A DNA stretch of 64,000 nucleotides from Bilabrum cf. latius (taxonomy: Eukaryota). The position numbers and the translations under genes were made by a program. The notes under the pieces were generated by a model that saw only the letters and a program-made list of their open reading frames with translations, did no database searches and was not told where the DNA came from. Shown here piece by piece: positions 1-11,000 of the stretch; the first letter of the stretch is position 1, and each line of letters begins with the position of its first letter. Location of the stretch: NCBI GenBank assembly GCA_965178125.1, contig OZ237771.1:124001-188000 (forward strand), given 5' to 3'.

Positions 1-452
1 CCGCAGCGGGGGCCGCGGCGAGCATGGCCTCGCAGCCATTCGACACGTGGAAGACTATGAGCCAGGTTAAGGGGGCCAGGGAACAAGGCTTCTTCGAGCT
101 GGTGGGTGGCCTAAACGGGAGGGGAATGGCGGGCAAGGCCAATGGCGGGGCAGCCGCTGCCGCCTCATACACTGGGTCGGTCAGCTGGTGGAGGTGTAGT
201 AGTTCCAGATTGTTACCGCCAGCGGTGTCTGTGCTGATGAGCGGGTGGCAGGCCCGAGCAGTGCTAGCGACTACCAACATGGCTGTCGGCGCGCTGGCGT
301 TCACAACAGCGATGGACGTGTTGACTCCCTCCAGAAAACAGGAGCAGTGGTCATACCATAGGAGAAATAGGAGGGGCTAGCAGGCAGAAGCTGTGCAGGG
401 CGATCTGTCGCGTGCATCTGAGTTTCGTGGTGTGGGTGGGGTGCTGATGGGA

Positions 453-1642
453 AGCAGCAGCGGTGACTGAGGCAGGCAGTGCGAGGCGTTCACAAAGATC
501 GGGTGAGCAGCAGCGGTGACTGAGGCAGGCAGTGCAAGGTGCTCACATAGATCGGGTGAGCAGCAGCGGTGACTGAGGCAGGCAGTGCCAGGTGCTCACA
601 TAGATCGGGTGAGCAGCAGCGGTGACTGAGGCAGGCAGTGCAAGGTGCTCACATAGATCGGGTGAGCAGCAGCGGTGACTGAGGCAGGCAGTGCGAGGCG
701 CTCACATAGATCGGGTGAGCAGCAGCGGTGACTGAGGCAGGCAGTGCGAGGCGCTCACATAGATCGGGTGAGCAGCAGCGGTGACTGAGGCAGGCAGTGC
801 GAGGCGCTCACATAGATCGGGTGAGCAGCAGCGGTGACTGAGGCAGGCAGTGCGAGGCGTTCACAAAGATCGGGTGAGCAGCAGCGGTGACTGAGGCAGG
901 CAGTGCAAGGTGCTCACATAGATCGGGTGAGCAGCAGCGGTGACTGAGGCAGGCAGTGCAAGGTGCTCACATAGATCGGGTGAGCAGCAGCGGTGACTGA
1001 GGCAGGCAGTGCAAGGTGCTCACATAGATCGGGTGAGCAGCAGCGGTGACTGAGGCAGGCAGTGCGAGGCGCTCACATAGATCGGGTGAGCAGCAGCGGT
1101 GACTGAGGCAGGCAGTGCAAGGTGCTCACATAGATCGGGTGAGCAGCAGCGGTGACTGAGGCAGGCAGTGCGAGGCGCTCACATAGATCGGGTGAGCAGC
1201 AGCGGTGACTGAGGCAGGCAGTGCAAGGTGCTCACATAGATCGGGTGAGCAGCAGCGGTGACTGAGGCAGGCAGTGCAAGGTGCTCACATAGATCGGGTG
1301 AGCAGCAGCGGTGACTGAGGCAGGCAGTGCAAGGTGCTCACATAGATCGGGTGAGCAGCAGCGGTGACTGAGGCAGGCAGTGCGAGGCGTTCACATAGAT
1401 CGGGTGAGCAGCAGCGGTGACTGAGGCAGGCAGTGCGAGGCGTTCACAAAGATCGGGTGAGCAGCAGCGGTGACTGAGGCAGGCAGTGCAAGGTGCTCAC
1501 ATAGATCGGGTGAGCAGCAGCGGTGACTGAGGCAGGCAGTGCAAGGTGCTCACATAGATCGGGTGAGCAGCAGCGGTGACTGAGGCAGGCAGTGCAAGGT
1601 GCTCACATAGATCGGGTGAGCAGCAGCGGTGACAGAGGCAGC
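453..1642. repeat. 53-bp minisatellite, about 22 copies plus a partial copy
   Basis: Unit AGCAGCAGCGGTGACTGAGGCAGGCAGTGC(A/G)AGG(T/C)G(C/T)TCACA(T/A)AGATCGGGTG recurs with period 53 from 453 to 1619. Only point variants, no unique spacers. Confidence 0.95.
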
Positions 1643-1659
1643 CCATGAGGGGTTCACTG

Positions 1660-3545
1660 CATGATATTTGCTCTCCTCCCGGCCCAGGAGAGGCGCGTCT
1701 TCTGGCCGTGAGGGAGGAGGCTGGGTCAGCTGGGCAAGTGTTAAATCGCAAGCTTGCGTGGTTGGTGCTGACCGAGGCGGACACGTGCGAAGTTGAGGTA
1801 TCATGCTTCGCCCGATTTCTTGATACGAGCAGGGCACTGGTGGGGTCATGCAAGCAAATATCAGATTGCAAGGGTCAACCGAAGGACTCTCAGGTCTGAT
1901 TGCAGGCCACAAACATGGCATGCGACCATCAAGGCGGATGCGACCGCGAGTGCAGCATGACACCGGGAAGGCACGATCCCGGCCTGCCATTTCTATCATA
2001 GGGCGAATTCGAACAGACTACTTGGATTGATCAGAACATATAAAAACAAAACAGAGAGTGGACATCACTGCACGAGGCACCTGCGGCGTCCCAGCGGGCA
2101 TTGCGCCCAAACCAGCGAGGATTACCCCCGCTCCTACAAATAACCGGAATCGCGGCCCAGCACGTCGGTCAGCCGAGACAAAGGCCTCTTAACGGGTACC
2201 GATCCCACACCAGAGCCGCGGCTCCAGCACCGAATCGAATACCCAAGGCCAGAGTCCCGTTGATGTCCAGGGCATGTGGGAATCCATCGTATTCAAAGCT
2301 CATACTTTGCCATCCCTGATACAGTCGGACATGCCAATTACCGGCCTAGACCTACCTCCATGCATTGCTAACTGGCGTGTCCAGTTCAACGTTTGCGACG
2401 AGGCACGTAGGCTTGCTGCTCATTTAATTATTACCACCTGTCCTCGACCTATACTTATTGATTGAATCTGATCAACGCTGGAGGCAGCGGATTGGAACGA
2501 GCAGATCCTACTCTTGCAACTTCTCGGCGTTTGTCATGAATCAAATGAAACAGACTTGACCGATGCGACTCAAAGATTATTTATTGTATTGACTGAGGTC
2601 GACCTGTGCTTCCTGCGAATCATGCGTTTAAACGAATGTTGGACGCCTTCAAGGGTCCGTTCTTGCTGTCATCTGGCCTCGATCCACCGGTTTCATCGCG
2701 TAGACCTTCCGATTCGAGAACCTAGAGCTCGGTATAGTGAACAAATTACGTTCTTTTCTAGTAATGTGCGCTTTCTTCTCGACTGGGTCGTAATCTTTGC
2801 CTTGGATTTCGATTAGCAACAAAGCCATCGCGAGATCAGTACAATGCACGCTTGTCGGTCAGTAGTGCAGGAAAACCTATATTATCGCATTATTTTGACA
2901 CAACGAAATAAAAATTGAGTACCCACGGGGGTCAGGGCAAACTTGGTGTGCGATGGTGGAGAGATGCAAGATTGCGATTGGTGCCGTGGTCTGGTCTACC
3001 TTGGCGCAACATGGGGCACTGGCATTTCCGTGTTTCCCCCAGTTGCCAAAATCCTTTAATTATTTGTACCAATACCGAATCGGCGGTTGGTTGCTAAGAT
3101 CAGTAAGCTGAGAGATGCAACTAGCCTCGTCCAGAACCGCTAAACTTGCAGAAAATGCAGTTTACTCATTGGAATACTATGGAATATGTCGTCTACTAGT
3201 ATGACTCTTAGCAGCTATCCAAAAGCCATACCATAGCTAGCCGCTCTTCTGGTTGCACTTGCTATTGCGTAGGCCTGCTAGTCCCTTTGACGGCCCAGTA
3301 GGTAGCAATGCATATAAATTTGTAAGAGCATATAGTGCCAGCTGAGGTTGTTGCTTCGTAAATCCAAGCTGCTTCCGCATGTCGCTAGGCGGTGCTATCC
3401 TCCTGTTGCCACGGCAAGGAGCCCGCTCTGATGCCTATCTGGACATAACTTGAATTGGATCACGCACATACGTGGCATTATCTTGCTTGTGTGCTGTATC
3501 GTCATAAACCTGCCAGACGTGCCGTCCGGGTACTCTTCCGACACT
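1660..3545. repeat. Dispersed host repeat 'X', uninterrupted copy
   Basis: Collinear, near-identical blocks with about 14880-15537 and 36791-38040 (e.g. 1895-1946 vs 15113-15164; 2607-2715 vs 37052-37160). The junction near 2330-2350 is the empty-site equivalent of the virophage insertion. Confidence 0.85.
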
Positions 3546-3829
3546 GCCAACGAGTGTGTAGGGCGGCGTCTTCCTTCGTCATTTCAAACCAATGCCCAAC
3601 CGGGGCCGACTGTGACCGGTTAGCGGTGGCCCGTACCGGCACTCGCAGGGAGCTCCCTGCCTCAACATAGCGCGGGAGGTCATTTGGGGACACCTCTACG
3701 ACTTCTCACAACACCCTGAGACCGCGGCTACCATCCGCACAAGCCCCGACCCAATCGATCGGGTCCCGATCGCCATTTCATAAACCGGTGAAATGAATCG
3801 TTGGATCGTTTAACGCTTTGTTTCCCTAT

Positions 3830-4200
3830 CCGTGGGCGCGCTAGACGTGGCCTTGCGAAAAATGATAGGCTGTTGAGCAGGCCTGTACCCCAGTTGGTGA
3901 GGCGAGCAAAGTCTCTGAGATTGAGGTCGCACGGTGGGCGCAAGACCCGCTCGATGTGCAGGCTCAGAGGAGAGGGGGCGTTGGAAATGAGGCCAGGTTA
4001 GGGATGAAGAGCAGGAGGGGTGGTGGGGGGGGGGATGAGGGCGCAGTAGCTACCCGTAGAGAGGTGGTGACGGTTCAACAAGCAGGTGAGGGAGAAGTGG
4101 AGGAGAATATGATCGGTGCGGTCATCGGGTTGATAGGTCACGAACAACGGCAATCAAGCCGCATGCTACCCGGGTGCTGAGGGGCAGCGCTCGCCAGTAG
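3830..4200. repeat. Dispersed host repeat 'Y' (purine/G-rich)
   Basis: GTTGGTGAGG..GTCTCTGAGATTGAGGTCGC and CGGCAATCAAGCCGC..CTGAGGGGCAGCGCTCGCCAGT are shared with about 14090-14727. Shorter fragments occur at about 38050-38075, 38420-38465 and 60110-60135. Confidence 0.7.
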
Positions 4201-4349
4201 GCAGAGAGACAAGACCTCGTACACCATCCGAGATGCATCTTACACCTATTCGCCCCATAATCGCACTGAGATGAACTAATACAGCTTTGTTTGCACTTAT
4301 TACGATACAGGGAGCAGCTTTGGTCCATAGAGGTCTGACCGACAACGTC

Positions 4350-7300
4350 TCATTCGGGGGTCCCACTGGCAGAAGCTTCTAGTTGAGCTAAGGGTCTCCG
4401 AACGGCTTCTCCACAAATCTGGACGGTTTTGCCATGTGCTATGAACACTGCAGCCATCGCAGCTAGGCCCCCGATGAATGCACCAGCAGCTTGCCCGTAC
4501 TGACGGCCGATGGCAGCGCCTGCAAGCGCGCCGGGGACAGCTCCAACCCCACCTCCTAGGGAGCCTGCGATCGCTCCAACAATGACACCAACCGCTGGAC
4601 CAATAGCACCTCCAATACGTGCTCCCGTGGCCGCTCCAGCAAGACCTGCTTCGGTCATTGCGATACCGAGTGCTGGCATCGTTTTTACCTCCACGTAAAG
4701 CATCGTGCTCTATGCGGCTACCTCACTCCAGCGGTTCTCGGCTTCGTATACTTCCAGAAAAACAGTACCACCACGGGCAGCGATGCCAGCCCTTTTCATA
4801 ATTGTGCTGTCCATTACGCGCATGAACCTGTCTGCATACCTACTCATCAGACTGTCGGGCGTACTCCGCTCCAAAAAAAACCGGTACTTGCCATTGCGGT
4901 GCTGCATGCCAACTTCAGTGCGGGTTTCACCACTGAGCATATGGCGAAGATCCGAGGCAACCCTCTTCAACGTGGACGACGAAGCAGGGTGAAATCCAGG
5001 AGGTTTGCCGTCGCAGTAAGGGAATACCTTAACCAAGCAGCCGCCGGAAGTGCTTGGCACAGGGGCATACAACCGTTTTTGTAATAGATCCACACGCTTC
5101 CTATGATTCCCCTTCCGGGAAACGCTTAACCAGTCGGATTTTTCCTTCGGCATACTTCTCAAAAAGCTTTTCCACGCACGGCTTTTGCCCGTGTGCTGCC
5201 TGCCTGCTCGGATTAAAGCGTCACCAACCGCACTGCGACCATGCATTTGGATGATCCTGTCCAGCATATCTTCTGCAGCAGAAACTGGGCTCAGCATAGC
5301 ATGAGCTGTCTTTGTGAGTGCGCCGAAGTAATCAAGCGCAGTTGACCGGTCAATGACACGAACGTCCTCGATCGAGTCATCAATTCGTGATGGCGGCATC
5401 CTCACCGACGAGGCACTGCCCCAGAGTCCAGGGGTGCCCAGCGCCTGTGATCGACTGCTGGGCGCACGCCGGATCCCGAGATCGAACAGGCGGTCTTGGC
5501 GCTGCGCAGCACTTCCAGCTGGATCCCTGTCCTGCCTGTACAAGCCATACTGCACGCGCGTCGCAAGGTTGGGCTCGATGGCGCGCGGACCCACAGCGTC
5601 TAAAGCATGCCGAGGTCCACTCATGCGAGATGCCAGCGGGGTACCCTGGCCCGGCATCCGCATCGACGAGGCACTGCCCCAGAGTCCAGGGGTGCTCAGC
5701 GCCTGTAATCGACTGCTGGGCGCACGCCGGATCCCGAGATCGAACAGGCGGTCTTGGCGCTGCGCAGCACTTCCAGCTGGATCCCTGTCCTGCCTGTACA
5801 AGCCATACTGCACGCGCGTCGCAAGGTTGGGCTCGATGGCGCGCGGACCCACAGCGTCTAAAGCATGCCGAGGTCCACTCATGCGAGATGCCAGCGGGGT
5901 ACCCTGGCCCGGCATCCGCATCGACGAGGCACTGCCCCAGAGTCCAGGGGTGCTCAGCGCCTGTAATCGACTGCTGGGCGCACGCCGGATCCCGAGATCG
6001 AACAGGCGGTCTTGGCGCTGCGCAGCACTTCCAGCTGGATCCCTGTCCTGCCTGTACAAGCCATACTGCACGCGCGTCGCAAGGTTGGGCTCGATGGCGC
6101 GCGGACCCACAGCGTCTAAAGCATGCCGAGGTCCACTCATGCGAGATGCCAGCGGGGTACCCTGGCCCGGCATCCGCATCGACGAGGCACTGCCCCAGAG
6201 TCCAGGGGTGCTCAGCGCCTGTAATCGACTGCTGGGCGCACGCCGGATCCCGAGATCGAACAGGCGGTCTTGGCGCTGCGCAGCACTTCCAGCTGGATCC
6301 CTGTCCTGCCTGTACAAGCCATACTGCACGCGCGTCGCAAGGTTGGGCTCGATGGCGCGCGGACCCACAGCGTCTAAAGCATGCCGAGGTCCACTCATGC
6401 GAGATGCCAGCGGGGTACCCTGGCCCGGCATCCGCATCGACGAGGCACTGCCCCAGAGTCCAGGGGTGCTCAGCGCCTGTGATCGACTGCTGGGCGCACG
6501 CCGGATCCCGAGATCGAACAGGCGGTCTTGGCGCTGGGTAGCGCTCACGTGGGAGGACGTAGGGCCATGCCATGCACCGTACTATGCACTTGATTGAGAA
6601 ATGGTTCTGCCGTTCGATGCCGACATCCCGAGCACCGCTCTGTCGATCCTCTCGTTGTCTTCGTGCATCCTCGCATAGTACTGGTTGAACGCCCTTGTCG
6701 TTCGCTCGTCTACACGTACCGTACCGTCTGCTCCCCTTCGTGCGTACTGCCCCCACCTCTAGATCCCAGCACGATCCATGTTGACCACTGCTTGCGTAAG
6801 CTGGGGGCAGTTTTGCAGCCCGACCAGGGCCTCCCTTTCCACCAGCATACGCTGCTGCGTCATCGTCAGCTGCTCCTGCATCTGGATCCCGCGCGTGTGC
6901 ATGTGTTGTTCCACTCGCTGAATTGAGCCCATGAGACGCTCTGCAACGAGTGTACCAATGGCAGCTCCACCATCTTGGGCCCGAGCTGCGTCAACAAACT
7001 GCTTGCTCTCCTGCAGCATGCCCGACATCCTACGCATGAACCCATCGTCACAGATTGAAGCAGCTCCCAGCATGTGGATGACCGCACCGGTCTTGTCTCC
7101 TTGCTTCCTTGCGTGAATCATTTCTTCCACGTGATGGGCACATTGGGCCAGCTCCTAGATCAGCGAAGCCACCGACGTGCCTTCCGCCGCCGCTACGTTG
7201 GCTAGACCTACAAGTGCCATCGCTACGCCAGCGGGCCTGCGAGCATGCACCGCCATCCCGACCCTGCTTGCACTGCTCATAATGTTTCCGACTCGCTGCA

Positions 7301-7697
7301 AGCCGGGACTTGTCATGGACTCTCCAAACAAGCCGTAGCCATTTGTCCCAATAATCTGGCCCAATCCATTCAGAGCATTAAGCACACCGCTGGCTCCAGG
7401 CTTCCTCTCGCAAGCAACAGAGGCCACCGCATCGATTGCATTTGCTAGTCGGTATATAGAAGCGGCCTGTTTCAGCGTGGCAATAAGCTTAATCGTAGCA
7501 GGAGCTGTCGTGCTAACCGCAAGCGCACTCATGAAATTCCCGGCTGCCCAGGATATTGCCACCTGAGCAGCAATTGCAAGAGCTGGGTGGATCTTTGCTA
7601 GTGGTTTAGTTATTTTGGCTAAGATCTTGTTCACTGGTTTTGTGACCCTTCGCACTACGCGTACAACTGCACGGCACAACCTCCTAAAGAAGCCCAT
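4350..7697 (-). CDS. About 1115-aa protein: amphipathic basic N-terminus, 4.4 x 86-aa internal repeats, C-terminal glycine-zipper hydrophobic segment (4 in-frame TAG)
   Basis: ORFs 7155-7697, 6759-7130, 4710-6548 and 4350-4703 share one frame, separated only by TAG, and end in TGA at 4350. C-terminus GAATGARIGGAIGPAVGVIVGAIAGSLGGGVGAVPGALAGAAIG. Confidence 0.75.
5407..6537. repeat. 258-bp coding tandem repeat, about 4.4 nearly identical copies
   Basis: CGACGAGGCACTGCCCCAGAGTCC recurs every 258 nt and encodes the 86-aa repeat of the minus-strand gene. Confidence 0.95.
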
Positions 7698-8071
7698 CTT
7701 GGATCACGCTATCTTGCACAGTCTTCGAATCTTTGCAGTACTCGAATTATACACTAGAATATAGCACGAGATTTGACAAGTTTGTACCTTGCAAGTGCGG
7801 CCTATTTTTGCTGTTGTGGCTGGCGACAAATTTACGTCTTTCTGGATTTGTAGTGTGCCGGTGGGGAAACATGTAAATGATATTTTTTCTTGCTGCACGC
7901 GCAGATCGCTCATTAATATACAAGTATAGGCCAGAGGCACCGGGTTGAAAATCTCTAACATCATGTAAGCTTCAACATAATGAGTTAAATTTGTCGATGA
8001 ATCAGCAAATCAGCCCCGCCGGCGATCGATAAAGCACATCCTTGCATCCTGCTGTAGTTGAATGTACAAGT

Positions 8072-11000
8072 ATGTACCACTTCGCAGTCACAGTCATGTA
8101 CAAAGCGACATCCGCTGTACACTTTACTTGCTGCTGGGACAAGTACGACGAGCTCCTTGGATATGCAGGACCAGCTCAGCAAAATGCTGGACACACAAGT
8201 CTCAAGGATTTAATCGGGAATGGCTACATAGTGAAAAGCTTAAAGCAGATGCTGCAGGAACCTGCAACGGGGATCCTCGTCATTGCGTCAACCAATGAAG
8301 ATATTGTTTTCCAACAATTCAGCGGCCGCCTTGCGAAGCAGGCCGAAGGGTCTGATGGTGCCGAAAGCGATAGCGAAGATGAAAGTGTGGTCGAGCTTCA
8401 CGACCAAAGCCTGATGAATATGGTAGCACTTGCACTATCTGAGTTCGATGCGTATGCAAGGGTAAAGCAGAGCGAGTAGTGGTGGGCGCAGCCACCTCCG
8501 CCCAGTGCCTTTGCTAGTGTGGAGGAAATTCATGAGGAAGCGAGCGGGGCCAAGGGCACTGGTCCTGGTCCACAGTGGCAGGGCGCTGCTGGCGGGAGCG
8601 GGGCCAAGGGCAGTGGTCCTGGTCCACAGTGGCAGGGCGCTGCTGGCGGGAGCGGGGCCAAGGGCAGTGGTCCTGGTCCACAGTGGCAGGGCGCTGCTGG
8701 CGGGAGCGGGGCCAAGGGCAGTGGTCCTGGTCCACAGTGGCAGGGCGCTGCTGGCGGGAGCGGGGCCAAGGGCAGTGGTCCTGGTCCACAGTGGCAGGGC
8801 GCTGCTGGCGGGAGCGGGGCCAAGGGCAGTGGTCCTGGTCCACAGTGGCAGGGCGCTGCTGGTGGGAGCGGGGCCAAGGGCAGTGGTCCTGGTCCACAGT
8901 GGCAGGGCGCTGCTGGCGGGAGCGGGGCCAAGGGCAGTGGTCCTGGTCCACAGTGGCAGGGCGCTGCAGGCGGTCCACAGTTCAACTCCAGCAGCGATGG
9001 TGCGGGATCCGCAGCACCCATGCAGCCGATGCATCGGTTTTACATCACCATCCTTCCCTACATCTCGAGCGAGTTCCGGTTAGTTGCTGGGGTTGAGCTG
9101 ACACTCGAGTTCCATGACCACAGCCCCGTTGAGGCGCAACAGGACGGTGCCAGTGCCACCGCAGCAGGGGCAGGGGCAGCTATGTCAATGGGAGCCGGCA
9201 TGGACGCGGGAGCAGATCGTCAGAGGCTAGTCACTACGTCGCAGAGAGCTGCGCATGCGATCAAAATGGCCTTAGGCTGTTTAAGAACCAGCGGAGTATG
9301 CCCTCCCGCAGATGGGCAACAGCAAGATGCGGTCATCCCGCCCGGCTTGTCTCTTCTGCTGGCTCGCAATATGCCGTCAATGACCGCCGTGCTGACAGGC
9401 CCCGCCCTCATCACACTGAAGAGCCCACCGGGACTGTCTGAGCTGGCACAATCAGGCATGGTGGCACCGGAAGAAGTATCAGATGTGCTGGCGTCGACCA
9501 CTGAGTGCCTACAGAGGGCCTCAAACCTTCAGTACGAAAACCCTGGGTCATTGCCTAGCAGTCAGGTGTGGCTTCCCAACGACCTCTACCACGGCCTGCT
9601 ACAGCTGTATGCGGGCACTGACGTGCGCCTCCCGCTGCTGCACCCGGGCAACGTAGGAAGGTTCCTCGAGAAACTGACAGGCAGCCCGATGCCCGCATTT
9701 GCGGATCCTGCTGGTGCACCACGCCGCGGCCGTGGACCCGCTGCCAGCGGCGCCGGGGCCTCTGAAAGCAAAGAGGGCGGCGGTGGTGGAGGCAGCAGCC
9801 CGCTAGGCATGCGGCGGGGCGCATCTGCTGAGGCAGTAAAACGAGGCATGTACGTCAATCAGCGGGCGATCAAGCTGCTGTATAGCGATTTCCTTTTCGA
9901 CGCCTCCCATGTCAGGCGTGAAGGCGATATCCGAAGCAGAGGGGCAATCTTCCACGGGCCACCAGGTTCAGGGAAAACAACCATCGCGCGAAGCATGGTC
10001 GAAGAAGCAGGCTTCCACGTGATCATGGACTAGCCTGCCTCCGACTTGAACAACAAATACTTTGGCGAGACGGAGTCGAAACTGAGGAGGCTTATGGAGA
10101 AGGCCAAGTTGTTGCCTGGGATCCCGGCGGCGATTTTCTTCGACGAGATCGATTCGATTGCGGCAAGCCGCAGCGGGCTGACAGCCGCGAGCTCAAAGAT
10201 CGACGTGCTTTCAGGCATGCTGGCTCGCCTTGGCTCTGCCGCTCTTCAAAACCTCTACATATTCGGGACGACGAACCGGAAAGAAGCCATCGACCCCGCG
10301 GTCATGCGTCCTGGCAGACTGTCCACGACCATCTACGTTGGGCGGCTGTCGGTCCACGATCGCTGGCAGCTGCTGGAGCACCAATGGAGGCACGTCGGAC
10401 TTCCAGAGGTAATTATTCGCAGTCCGAAGTTCCGTACCATTGCCATTGCTGCGACACAAAACTTTACTGGGGCCCTAGTGCGAGAAGCAGTGAGTGCCAC
10501 GGCGAGTCGCCGAGAGCAGGACTATTTGGACTGGGGCCTGGACCAAGACTTGTACCAGTCCGGTTTTGTTCGGTCCGCGGAGTAGCTGGTCATGAGCGGC
10601 AACGACATTGATTTGTTCCCGAGACCGAGCTCCTGCGACTCCGTTCCGATCGAAGCTGATAAGGAACGGGCACTCCTTGAGCTGGTGAGGGGCAAGGGCT
10701 CGAGCGGGCGCGTCCTCATTGACCTATCCGACGGCACCAAATGCCAGGTCCTGGGCCAGGGCAAATCAGGCATGGTGAACGCGGTCGATCTCCACATCTC
10801 CCGCCCAGACGCTGACATAGTGAGAGGCGTGGGATTTGAGGTGGCCATGTGCAGCTAGCCAGAGACACTCCTCATGGTGAATTTGGGCCGGGTGGAAAAA
10901 GCAGACCAGGCTGGCATGGGCAACTACCTTAGGCCCTTCATGCATCTGATGAGCGAGGCTCGATCGATCGCAGACCAAGGCTCTGTGGTCGCTGTGATCG

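Noticed and set aside
24-380. 118-aa ORF at the window start
   Set aside because: No recognisable motif and the context is truncated; cannot be supported as a gene.
453-1642. CRISPR-like array
   Set aside because: The units are contiguous with only point variants and no unique spacers, and there are no cas genes. It is a minisatellite.
5353-6756. Long alternative-frame ORFs (414, 458 and 384 aa) over the 258-bp repeat
   Set aside because: Artefacts of a GC-rich repeat of length divisible by 3; only the frame of 4710-6548(-) connects to flanking coding sequence.
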